A stretch of DNA of 64,000 nucleotides from an uncultured bacterium (GTDB lineage: Bacteria > Babelota > Babeliae > Babelales > Babelaceae): positions 1,184,001 through 1,248,000 of the forward strand of contig CAVRKK010000002.1 in NCBI GenBank assembly GCA_963722385.1, in the 5' to 3' direction. A program made the position numbers and the translations under genes. Below the pieces are notes generated by a model. That model was given only the letters and a program-made list of their open reading frames with translations. It did no database searches and was not told the origin of the DNA. Within the stretch, counting starts at the first letter, position 1. Each line of letters begins with the position of its first letter. Below are positions 50,767-59,108 of this stretch, one piece after another.

Positions 50767-51255
50767 CTACTTATTGAAAAAGTTGCTACCTGATTTGATT
50801 GAAGATAGCCCGAAGGGTTGTTCCTTTGAGCTTGATGGTTGTGTGCCATAAGCCGATTCGCCTGGCTTTTGGAATAGCCCTGCCAGTTCTTCTTTTTTCT
50901 TAGGAGTAACTTTGCGTACGGTTGTTTTTCGTGCTACCGCTTTCTTGGCGACGACTGTTCTTTTTGCGGCAGCTTTTTTGGCTGCTGGTCGTGCTGTCTT
51001 TTTGGCAGGTGCCCGTCTGGTAGTTTTTGCTGCTGCTGTTTTTGCCCGGACAGTTTTGCGAGCACCCGGAGCCGCTCGTTTGGCCGTTGTGCGTTTGGCT
51101 GCTGCGCGCTTAACGGCTGGACGCTTGGCCGCTGGCTTTGCTTTAGCAACAACGCGTTTGGTTTTTTTTGCCGCAGCCGTTTTGGTTGTCGCACCGGCCC
51201 TTGCTGTTTTTCTTTTTGTTGTCCGCTTGGTCGCTGCTTTTTTTACTGCTACCAT
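50767..51255 (-). CDS. Histone H1-like Lys/Ala/Arg-rich DNA-binding protein
   Basis: Repeats PAAKR, PAAKK, AAKRTT, ARKTV; GGAGAG RBS. Confidence 0.8.
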   Translation of the reverse strand: MVAVKKAATKRTTKRKTARAGATTKTAAAKKTKRVVAKAKPAAKRPAVKRAAAKRTTAKRAAPGARKTVRAKTAAAKTTRRAPAKKTARPAAKKAAAKRTVVAKKAVARKTTVRKVTPKKKEELAGLFQKPGESAYGTQPSSSKEQPFGLSSIKSGSNFFNK

Positions 51256-51407
51256 ACCCTCTCTCCTTTTGGTGTACTTGATCTGTTTCTTACACTATAG
51301 AAGAAGCAGATCACTAATCAATATTTTTTCTTTAGGCTCGTAAAATCGAGTAGGCTATTTGCACTTAAATTTAATGTTAAGCAATTCGCGAAGGCCCTGC
51401 TTATCGC

Positions 51408-52190
51408 TCAATCGAGCTGTAGGCAATTATGACAATACGCTGTAAGTGGTATGCCCTTAAAAGCAGGAGACCCTTCAACCAATGAGATATCGTTGAGTAT
51501 GCCTTTAGCCCAATCAACGATGTAGGGTGTCCCGAAGGCACCGGCAAGCGAAGGAAGAATTAATCTACCAAAATCAATTAAGCTTGACTTCCCTGTTTGT
51601 GGTTGGCCCATTGCTTGTGTTATGACCCGTGAGGCTACCAGTGAAATGAGATAACTCGTGACGCATGAAAATGCTGCCTCTTGCACGGTAACAAGCTTAT
51701 CAAGTATTTTTTCTGACAGTGTCTGTTGCACCGGACATTGATCAATGTCGGAGCGAAACCATTGAGAAAAATCTTCCGAAGGAAATGCTGTCATGTACTC
51801 TTTTTCTGTATGCTTGCTTGCATACCAATCGGGAAGCTTAGATACGAACTGCTGGATAAACTGAAGTCCCTTGTGGGCAAACTTGCCGGATTGAAAAAGA
51901 GCTGTCAAAAGATACCGTCGCGGGTCGTTGGTTGCAAAAAGCTGACCAACGAGTTGGTCTCTAAATACGCGGTCCGTTATGGCCTTCATGATAACTTCAA
52001 GGGTGCCCCTTTTGGCTTTATACTCGGGTGTATTTTTTTGGTCAGGATAGGCTATGTCCATTATCCAATCAATGGCCGCTGATAACCCGACGCCCTCAGC
52101 AAAAGATGAGGTTACGTTTATCGGTTGCTGAGCTTGCATATTCTTATAACCGAGTATCAACAATAGGCACAGCAATATTTTTACTTTCAT
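51408..52190 (-). CDS. Hypothetical exported protein
   Basis: Probable start MKVKILLCLLLILG...QA; long ORF. Confidence 0.7.
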   Translation of the reverse strand: MKVKILLCLLLILGYKNMQAQQPINVTSSFAEGVGLSAAIDWIMDIAYPDQKNTPEYKAKRGTLEVIMKAITDRVFRDQLVGQLFATNDPRRYLLTALFQSGKFAHKGLQFIQQFVSKLPDWYASKHTEKEYMTAFPSEDFSQWFRSDIDQCPVQQTLSEKILDKLVTVQEAAFSCVTSYLISLVASRVITQAMGQPQTGKSSLIDFGRLILPSLAGAFGTPYIVDWAKGILNDISLVEGSPAFKGIPLTAYCHNCLQLD

Positions 52191-52499
52191 GATAACCCTT
52201 TTCGTTATTGGCATAGAGCCACGTCAAAAGCTTTCCTTTTGCACTTTCTTATAGTAGTGTGTGACTATAGAATAATTATATAATTAACTATAAGAAATTT
52301 TAAGCTATATAGTCAAGAATTTATATTGTTATTAATAAATTATAATTGATAATTTTGAGCCTTAGAGTTTCTCTGTTTGCTATTTAATGTGTCACGGCTA
52401 GAAATTTTGCGGTGGATTGTAATTTGACTTAAGATGCATGGCCTACTATATTGAACTCATCGAAACCAGGATTTTAATTATTTTTTTAATGAATAGGAG

Positions 52500-52865
52500 T
52501 TTAAGACCTGCGGCTGGCATGACTTTCCATGGTCTGGTCCCGTATCTTTCCTTGCTTTAAGGAGCCGTGATACGGCATTGCTCGAACTATTATTCAATCA
52601 TGGTGCGTGTGCCAATGGTCATGCGCCGACTTACGGGGATTTGTTGCTGGAAGCACGTTATGAAAAAAGTGAAGAAATGATGGAGCTTGTTGATCGTTAT
52701 CTTGCGATTCAGAAAAATCAAGGAATATGTCCCGAGGGCGTTCGTGAGTTTAGTATTCTCGAGCAGCTCGAGCGCAAGAGGGTTGAAGACTTGGAAGCTC
52801 TGGACGACTTAGCACAGCGAAAGATGAGTTATAACTGTACCAACCAAATGGGAATAAGTCGATAA
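52500..52865 (+). pseudogene. Ankyrin-repeat protein remnant
   Basis: ALRSRDTALLELLFNHGACAN ankyrin-like; upstream frame closed by TAG, no good start. Confidence 0.45.
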
Positions 52866-52890
52866 GCTAAATGTCTGCTCACCTTAGATT

Positions 52891-52925
52891 AAAAAGGCTG
52901 TGCGAGTTTATGCATAGCCTTTTTC
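52891..52925. terminator. Intrinsic terminator
   Basis: AAAAAGGCTGTGC-gagtttat-GCATAGCCTTTTT. Confidence 0.7.
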
Positions 52926-53109
52926 TTTGGCAAATCTCTCTGCTTGAATGTCGTTTGTAAAATTATTATTGATTTTTGCTTGCTAATATTTATAAATTGA
53001 ATAATGAATAAATTGTCTCGTGGCGTTATAATTTCAGGAGACAGTGCTTTAAGTATACGCTAAAGTATTCTGATGGGCGAGCGATGGTAAAAGTGAGGTT
53101 TTATAGATT

Positions 53110-54498
53110 ATGGCACGTGAAAAGTTAATTCTTCTTGATACGAACGTTTTAATGGATGATCCCCATGCGTTTGAGTCTTTTAAGAATGAGCAGATTGGTA
53201 TACCCGTTATGGTATTGGAGGAGCTTGACCGTCTCAAGATAGAGCCGTCATTTCGGGGACGGAATGCTCGACAAGCGATTTCTGCTCTTGATGCTTTGTC
53301 GGCAAAGGGAAGCTTACGTGATGGTGTCCAGCTTGATAATGGCAGTACGCTGAAAATTCTTTTTCCTGAGGGCAAGGGTTTATTAAGCCTTGAAGTTCCT
53401 GAGCGCCAAGTTGATAACCAAATTCTGCTCTTGGCGCAACAATTGGGCAACAATTTTGATGTGATACTCTTTTCCAAAGATATTAATCTGAGGGTTAAAG
53501 CCGATGCTTTGGGGATTAAAGCGCAGGATTATAAAGCAGAACGTGTTGATGAGCAAACGGTATATCACGGTTGGAGCGTTATCGAAGCACCTGCTGTTCA
53601 GCTCAAAAAGGAGTTTCCTGATGGATTAATGGCCCGGCACCAGGAAAAGCCCTTTGTGCTTAATGAGTTTATTATTGTGCAAAGTCCCCACAATCCCTTT
53701 AATGTCCGCTTATTTCGCTATATCGGAAATAATAAGTTTAAATCGGTGACCGAGCCTGAGCTTAAATGGTCGATTCATCCGCGCAATATTCAGCAGCGCA
53801 TGGCGCTCGATCTACTGTTTGACGATGCTATAAAATTGATTACGCTGATAGGGCCTGCAGGGACAGGGAAAACCTTTCTTGCTTTAGTGGCCGCCTTGCA
53901 CGAAGTGCTTTTGTACGAAAATTATGCAAAAATTCTTGTGACGAGGCCGGTGATTCCACTCGGCCCGGATATTGGGTATCTTCCCGGCGATGTCAGAGAA
54001 AAGCTTTTTTCATGGATGCAGCCTATATATGACAACATGGATTTTATCGTTCATGCGGCGCATGCAACTGAGAGACGGGTTGGTATTTATCATGAGGAAG
54101 AGCCGGAGCGCTTTGAAAAAAATAAATATAAAAAGAGACGAGCAGCGCGTGAAACAAGCTTGCCAACGCTTGATGAGCTTATTGCCCGCCATATTATTAG
54201 CCTGGAGGCAATCACGTATATGCGTGGGAGGTCTATTCCCTACCAGTTTATTATTATTGATGAGGTCCAAAACCTAACACCGCATGAAGTAAAAACGCTT
54301 ATTAGTCGGGTTGGCGAAGGTAGCAAGGTTATTATGACGGGGGATCCTTATCAAATCGATGCGCCACATCTCGATTTTAGCAATAATGGTCTGGTTGTTA
54401 CGAGTCAGCGCTTTATGGGGCAGTCAATCTTCGGCACGGTGTTCCTTGAAACAACTGAGCGGAGCGAATTAAGTAGACTTGCTGCAACGTTACTCTGA
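53110..54498 (+). CDS. PIN-PhoH (PhoH2/YlaK-like) ATPase
   Basis: PIN LDTNVL, EELD, DNQIL, SKDINLRVKA; PhoH GPAGTGKT, IGYLPG, YMRGRS, IDEVQN, TGDPYQID. Confidence 0.93.
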   Translation: MAREKLILLDTNVLMDDPHAFESFKNEQIGIPVMVLEELDRLKIEPSFRGRNARQAISALDALSAKGSLRDGVQLDNGSTLKILFPEGKGLLSLEVPERQVDNQILLLAQQLGNNFDVILFSKDINLRVKADALGIKAQDYKAERVDEQTVYHGWSVIEAPAVQLKKEFPDGLMARHQEKPFVLNEFIIVQSPHNPFNVRLFRYIGNNKFKSVTEPELKWSIHPRNIQQRMALDLLFDDAIKLITLIGPAGTGKTFLALVAALHEVLLYENYAKILVTRPVIPLGPDIGYLPGDVREKLFSWMQPIYDNMDFIVHAAHATERRVGIYHEEEPERFEKNKYKKRRAARETSLPTLDELIARHIISLEAITYMRGRSIPYQFIIIDEVQNLTPHEVKTLISRVGEGSKVIMTGDPYQIDAPHLDFSNNGLVVTSQRFMGQSIFGTVFLETTERSELSRLAATLL

Positions 54499-54574
54499 CA
54501 GGTTCATAGATCTTTTGCTGTTGTTTTTTAGGAGTCCTCGCTATACTGAATCGTCAAAAAGAGAAGCATCGACG

Positions 54575-55315
54575 ATGAGGTGGCCAATGCTCATGATATT
54601 ATATTCTTTGATTGTTCTTATGTATGCGCCCGCTGTAGCTCAGACCGAGCAAACGACCTATTATGGTCAATTCGAACAAGATAAATGGCTCGAAAGCAAC
54701 GTTTTCAAAGGAAAGCGTAATGGCATCTTTGTTGACGTGGGGGCATATGATGGTATTGAAGGGAGCAATACGTATTTCTTTGCAAAAGAGCGGGGATGGA
54801 CGGGTATCTGCGTTGAGCCCCAGCCTGATTTATACGAGCTTGTGGTTGCTCGGCGTCCCGAGTGTGTTCCAATTAAAGCATGTATTACTGATAAAGAGGG
54901 CACGGTCAAGTTCTTATATGTGAAAGGGCTTGCTGCTAAACAGCTGAGCGGTATCTTCGAACTGTACGATCCACGCCATTTACAGAAAATTGAAGGAGCT
55001 TTGGCGGTTTATGGCGGTGAAAAAGAGCTTATTGAAGTCGCCACTATACCATTGGCCACGGTTTTGCAGCAAAATAATATTAAGCACGTCGATTACCTTT
55101 CTATTGATGTGGAAGGGGCAGAGATGCTTGTGCTGAAAAGCATTGATTTTAATGCCTGTGCTATTGACGTCATTTCAGTTGAAGTGAATTACGATGGCGG
55201 TGAAATTGGGGAATTTTTACGGGCACACGATTTTACCTATAGGGCTACGATCGGTATGGACGAAATCTGGATTTCAAAAAGCATGATTGAGCAGCGCTAT
55301 AAGAAAGAACTCTAA
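54575..55315 (+). CDS. FkbM-family SAM methyltransferase with signal peptide
   Basis: FVDVGAYDG..SNT, GW.GICVEP, SIDVEGAE; MRWPMLMILYSLIVLMYAPAVA. Confidence 0.9.
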   Translation: MRWPMLMILYSLIVLMYAPAVAQTEQTTYYGQFEQDKWLESNVFKGKRNGIFVDVGAYDGIEGSNTYFFAKERGWTGICVEPQPDLYELVVARRPECVPIKACITDKEGTVKFLYVKGLAAKQLSGIFELYDPRHLQKIEGALAVYGGEKELIEVATIPLATVLQQNNIKHVDYLSIDVEGAEMLVLKSIDFNACAIDVISVEVNYDGGEIGEFLRAHDFTYRATIGMDEIWISKSMIEQRYKKEL

Positions 55316-55357
55316 TCATGACGCCTCATCGAGTGTAAGGGGCCAAAAAAGAGCAAG

Positions 55358-56860
55358 CTATAACCAAGGGACTTGCTTGAGTTGTTTTTTAAGGTTAGCA
55401 AGCCATGATCCATTTATGTCGTCTGATGAGTAAACGGGAGACAAGCTGAGTCTCTCACGAAGAAAGTTGTATTTATAGAGAGCGTTGCTTTCACTTGACT
55501 TGTTATGAGGATCTTTATCAAATTCACGTAGAGCAGCCTCGGCATCGCGGGCGAGCTCGTAAGGGTTGATCTCGGCCATGCCAAATTCTGCGGGAAATGA
55601 ATGCTCAATATAGCTTTTCCAGATCTCATAACCATATTTCTTTAAGAATTTACTCTGTAGCTGTTGAATATTAGCAATAGGAGACAAGGTGGTATCAAAT
55701 TCTTGCAACAGCATATAGTGATAAAGGGCCTCGCGAGCAAAGAATGTTTGATCCGGCTCCTCGGCAACGAGAGGGAGAAAATTTTCTAAAGAATGGATCA
55801 ACATGAGTTGCTTTTCAGCGAGATTATATTCAACCAAATCGCGAATAAAGCGGTCTTTCCATTGCTGGTAATGATGCTTTCTCAGCCAGGCCGCATCGAT
55901 AGCTTCAGTAAGAGGCTGGCCTATAAGTTCTTGGTAGAACATGAAACAACATTGCTTATCTTGATGGGCGATATAGTCTTCGGGGTCTTGTTCAAATGTA
56001 ATAAGCGCTTCCTCAAATTGATCAACAAGCAGATCAAGCTTGTGTGATAGTTCGTCTATGCCGTCATCATGCCATTCGGTTATTACTTGCTTTTTCCAGA
56101 TGGAATATCCGTAAGTATTGAGCCAGTGGTGGTCCAACATATCGAGCGAATTAATTGTTGAGAGACCAGCTGATTCTCGAAGAAAGTTATAGGTATATAA
56201 TGCTTCTTTTGCTCCATTTTGATCATCATTTTCGTGCAAGATGTTGGTAATTAATGACCAGAGCAGAAGCTTGTGCTGATCAGCAGAAATCTCCGCATCA
56301 GCTTGTGGCCTTTTCACCATTTTTTTCCATAAAGTATAACCAAGTGCTTCTAACCAATCAGTATCGATATCATTGATTGACGCAGCATGAGAAAGGTAGG
56401 CTGATTCTCTTAAGTAATTATATAACGTGATTGCTTTTTTATCATAATCGCTCGCTGGATTTTTTTTCTGTTCAGTGAGCGCCTCTTCAATCATCCCAAT
56501 TACGCATAGCCGATGATCATGATCAGATTCACTTTGCTCTGAATCTTCGTCAGGGTCAGTTATTTCTTCTAGATGATTATGAGAGTCCTCAGCGATTACT
56601 TCTTCATAGATTTCAATCTGTTCATTGAGCCATATGCTGTCTATGTCAGCGAGGGTGGTTGCTTCTGGCAAATCTTCGAGGTTTCTGAGAGCATTATAGC
56701 ATTCAAGAGTATAGGCAACTGTTTCCTTGTCGAGCGTTCCGTCCCGTATCAAGACGAGATTTCCTCGGATGAACTCAAGCAAGCTTGAAAAACTAATTTC
56801 TACGTCTTCCTTGTTCGCAGGAATGAGCTCATAATTTTCCGTTTTGTTGTGCTCGTGCAT
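55358..56860 (-). CDS. Acidic hypothetical protein with six ~80-aa internal repeats
   Basis: Recurring YNxLRE...L...DID..WL...GY..WK. Confidence 0.85.
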   Translation of the reverse strand: MHEHNKTENYELIPANKEDVEISFSSLLEFIRGNLVLIRDGTLDKETVAYTLECYNALRNLEDLPEATTLADIDSIWLNEQIEIYEEVIAEDSHNHLEEITDPDEDSEQSESDHDHRLCVIGMIEEALTEQKKNPASDYDKKAITLYNYLRESAYLSHAASINDIDTDWLEALGYTLWKKMVKRPQADAEISADQHKLLLWSLITNILHENDDQNGAKEALYTYNFLRESAGLSTINSLDMLDHHWLNTYGYSIWKKQVITEWHDDGIDELSHKLDLLVDQFEEALITFEQDPEDYIAHQDKQCCFMFYQELIGQPLTEAIDAAWLRKHHYQQWKDRFIRDLVEYNLAEKQLMLIHSLENFLPLVAEEPDQTFFAREALYHYMLLQEFDTTLSPIANIQQLQSKFLKKYGYEIWKSYIEHSFPAEFGMAEINPYELARDAEAALREFDKDPHNKSSESNALYKYNFLRERLSLSPVYSSDDINGSWLANLKKQLKQVPWL

Positions 56861-56998
56861 GTGTCTCTTTCAAAAACAAATAAATTTCCCTGTTAGCTTA
56901 ACAAAGCGCCTTTTTAAGTCAATCTTTGCGATAGACGAAGCTGCACGAACATGATAGAGTGGGGTAGTTAGTTAATAGCTAGACGAGGAGGAAGAAGC

Positions 56999-57460
56999 AT
57001 GAATGCTTTAAAATTAGCTTTTCTCAGCGTATTTTTTATCATCCATCAGGCTCAAGCCGATACGCTTTCGGTAATGTTTAGTGTGGATGGTAATATAATT
57101 TTAAATGAGAATGGAGAATTGGGGAAGGATCAGAAATTTGGCTATTCAACACCTGAAGGCTACAGGTTGTTTTTTGAGGTTCGCGAGAATGAGCAAGAGG
57201 TCGCTATCAAGTCATCGATTTTTAAAAATAATTATGGCGAGCTCGAGCTTCTTGCTGAACCTTTTTTTATTACGCAATGGAACCATTCAGCTGTTTTAAC
57301 CATGGCAAAGCATGATAGCTCCGCTGAGTCGCTGCTCAGCCTCAAGGTTATGCCGCAAAAGCATGAGCATGTTAAGAAAAAAAGCTTATTGCGTAATATT
57401 TTAGATAAGATTGGTCAAGCTTGTTGTAATTTAGGGATGTCCTACGGCCCAATGGCTTGA
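56999..57460 (+). CDS. Hypothetical exported protein
   Basis: GAGGAGG RBS; signal peptide ending AQA. Confidence 0.75.
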   Translation: MNALKLAFLSVFFIIHQAQADTLSVMFSVDGNIILNENGELGKDQKFGYSTPEGYRLFFEVRENEQEVAIKSSIFKNNYGELELLAEPFFITQWNHSAVLTMAKHDSSAESLLSLKVMPQKHEHVKKKSLLRNILDKIGQACCNLGMSYGPMA

Positions 57461-57464
57461 TAGA

Positions 57465-57496
57465 AAAAGGGGGCGAGGATTTTCTCTTCCCCCTTA
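57465..57496. terminator. Possible intrinsic terminator
   Basis: AAGGGGGCGAG...CTCTTCCCCCTT imperfect hairpin right after the stop. Confidence 0.5.
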
Positions 57497-57759
57497 GCCG
57501 TGTTTATGCGTTCTTGAGTACGCTGGCGAGTAAAAGCATTGCGGGAGCATTTTGAATGACTTCGGCATTTTCATAGGTCAGTTAAAGGACATGCGCCTGT
57601 GTCAAGACAAGCATGTAATTGTGATAGCTCAATGTATAGTTCACCCTTTGCGATGCCTATCTTATCATCTATGCCCATATTGGACAAGCTTTGCTAGTAT
57701 ACGTGAGCCGGCCTGGCTGTATTTAAGAGTTTAGCCTATTCCTACGCTTCCACAGCTAG

Positions 57760-57845
57760 TTACCCACCATTGCCCCAAGAAAGCCGTGTATTTCAACAGG
57801 GTTACTTCAAAACCTAAATGTTAAATTGCTAGCGCCAATGAAGAA
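57760..57845 (-). pseudogene. Decayed second copy of the lasso-precursor-like ORF
   Basis: GCCGTG-TATTTCAACAGGGTTACTTC..AAACCTAAATGTTAAATTGCTAGC is nearly identical to the reconstructed 19151-19170/20428-20470 sequence; contains indels. Confidence 0.6.
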
Positions 57846-57949
57846 GTAGTTGAAAAAGCTCTTCTTTTGAAGGTTTTAAGTCTCGAGATTTTTCTAATGC
57901 GCTATTTATCTACATTAATACCTTGTTTATTGGTAAAAGAAGAGCAATA

Positions 57950-58693
57950 TTACAATTTTAAAACCTCTCTATAAAGGAGCACGTTTGAGCAAAGGCTCTT
58001 CAATTCTTCCATTTTTCGTGCATAGTCTAAAACAGGAGGAATTTTTACAAGAGGACAAGGGTTAGCAAAAGGAATGCGCCAAGCAGATTTAGTCAAATAC
58101 TCTTTTTGTATAACAAGCTGATCAGCATTATCTATTTCTTCATGAGCAAGAATACGTACTGCTAGCACTGCTATATGTTCCCCCACGCTTATAATGTCAG
58201 TAATAATATTTCTATATTCAAGAGGGAATTCTTCTTTTTTTATTTTGGTTTGTAAAAAATTCTTATAAGCCACTTCTAGTTTAGTATTTAAATCTGGTGC
58301 AACTCCAATAGTAATACCTCCAATATTGTAATATTCAATTGCATACCTAGATATAGGGCAAAAAATCCATGTACGTGAACCAAGTATAGTGATGGTATTG
58401 ATCTCCCAGAGAAACTTCGTTAACTTTGCTTTACAAGGAAATGTGTCAGCATCATCCCATAGGGCAATAGTTTCCATATTTGCATTAGGTACCAACATAT
58501 TAACTGCGGTAATTACTTCTTCGATCGTATCGACCTCTACCTTTTTGTCTATTTTTTCCCAGTCGATTGCAGAGAAACGAAAAGGGAAAAGTACTTGAAA
58601 AATAGTGTAAATTTTTTTGCTTGCTTCTCCTCGAATAACTTTAACATCCTTTCCTATTTCTTCAATAACTTCTTTAAATAGAATGTCTTCCAT
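57950..58693 (-). CDS. Putative CdiI-like immunity protein with C-terminal extension
   Basis: Downstream of toxin, AT-rich, GAGG RBS; FPF...IDW...LWDD...P...TWIF...IEYY..G.ITIG pattern. Confidence 0.7.
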   Translation of the reverse strand: MEDILFKEVIEEIGKDVKVIRGEASKKIYTIFQVLFPFRFSAIDWEKIDKKVEVDTIEEVITAVNMLVPNANMETIALWDDADTFPCKAKLTKFLWEINTITILGSRTWIFCPISRYAIEYYNIGGITIGVAPDLNTKLEVAYKNFLQTKIKKEEFPLEYRNIITDIISVGEHIAVLAVRILAHEEIDNADQLVIQKEYLTKSAWRIPFANPCPLVKIPPVLDYARKMEELKSLCSNVLLYREVLKL

Positions 58694-58734
58694 AGTAGTA
58701 CCTCAAATAGCTTCTTAAATATAGACCATCGTTA

Positions 58735-59097
58735 ATTCTATTGAAAATTCTTAAGACCCATAAAGCGATTCGGAGTAATTTCCATGATAAAAATCAATTA
58801 CACATCTTAAGATATGATAAAATGTCCTACCTAAGCTGGCTGCAATAAACATCATTAACATTTCTATAGGCAGGAGTATTTATTATTCCATAAGATAAAT
58901 TTAGCCTTTCTCGTTAATCAAAGCTAACAGTTGTTCATAAATATCTTGGTTCATATCTATGTTGCGTACTATTTCAATTGACCAACCGTATTGAACAAAA
59001 AGAAACGCGTACTTTTCAATACGTTAAAAAGTACACAGGTTGCCCTATGTCTAATTATTGTAACATTTTGTTTGCCTGAGGTACCTCTAATTCATTT
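58735..59097 (-). pseudogene. Heavily decayed immunity-gene paralog directly after the toxin
   Basis: AAGGA-ATG immediately after the toxin stop; remnants LWNN and CVIDFYHG echo LWDD and AIEYY of the intact gene; many stops. Confidence 0.45.
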
Positions 59098-59108
59098 TAT
59101 TTCCTTAA

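Noticed and set aside
50912..51343. 143-aa Ala/Phe/Leu/Val-rich plus-strand ORF that looks like a membrane protein
   Set aside because: It is the antisense of the Lys/Ala-rich histone-like gene, which has the RBS
52261..52315. Inverted repeat TGACTATA...TATAGTCA as an operator or MITE
   Set aside because: Short and in very AT-rich DNA; explained equally well by divergent TTGACT-type promoter elements
53110..54498. PIN-PhoH gene as a toxin-antitoxin or defence system
   Set aside because: Widespread PhoH2/YlaK-type gene; no antitoxin-like ORF upstream
57552..57734. 60-aa ORF
   Set aside because: TTG start without a convincing RBS, no motifs, lies in a decayed region
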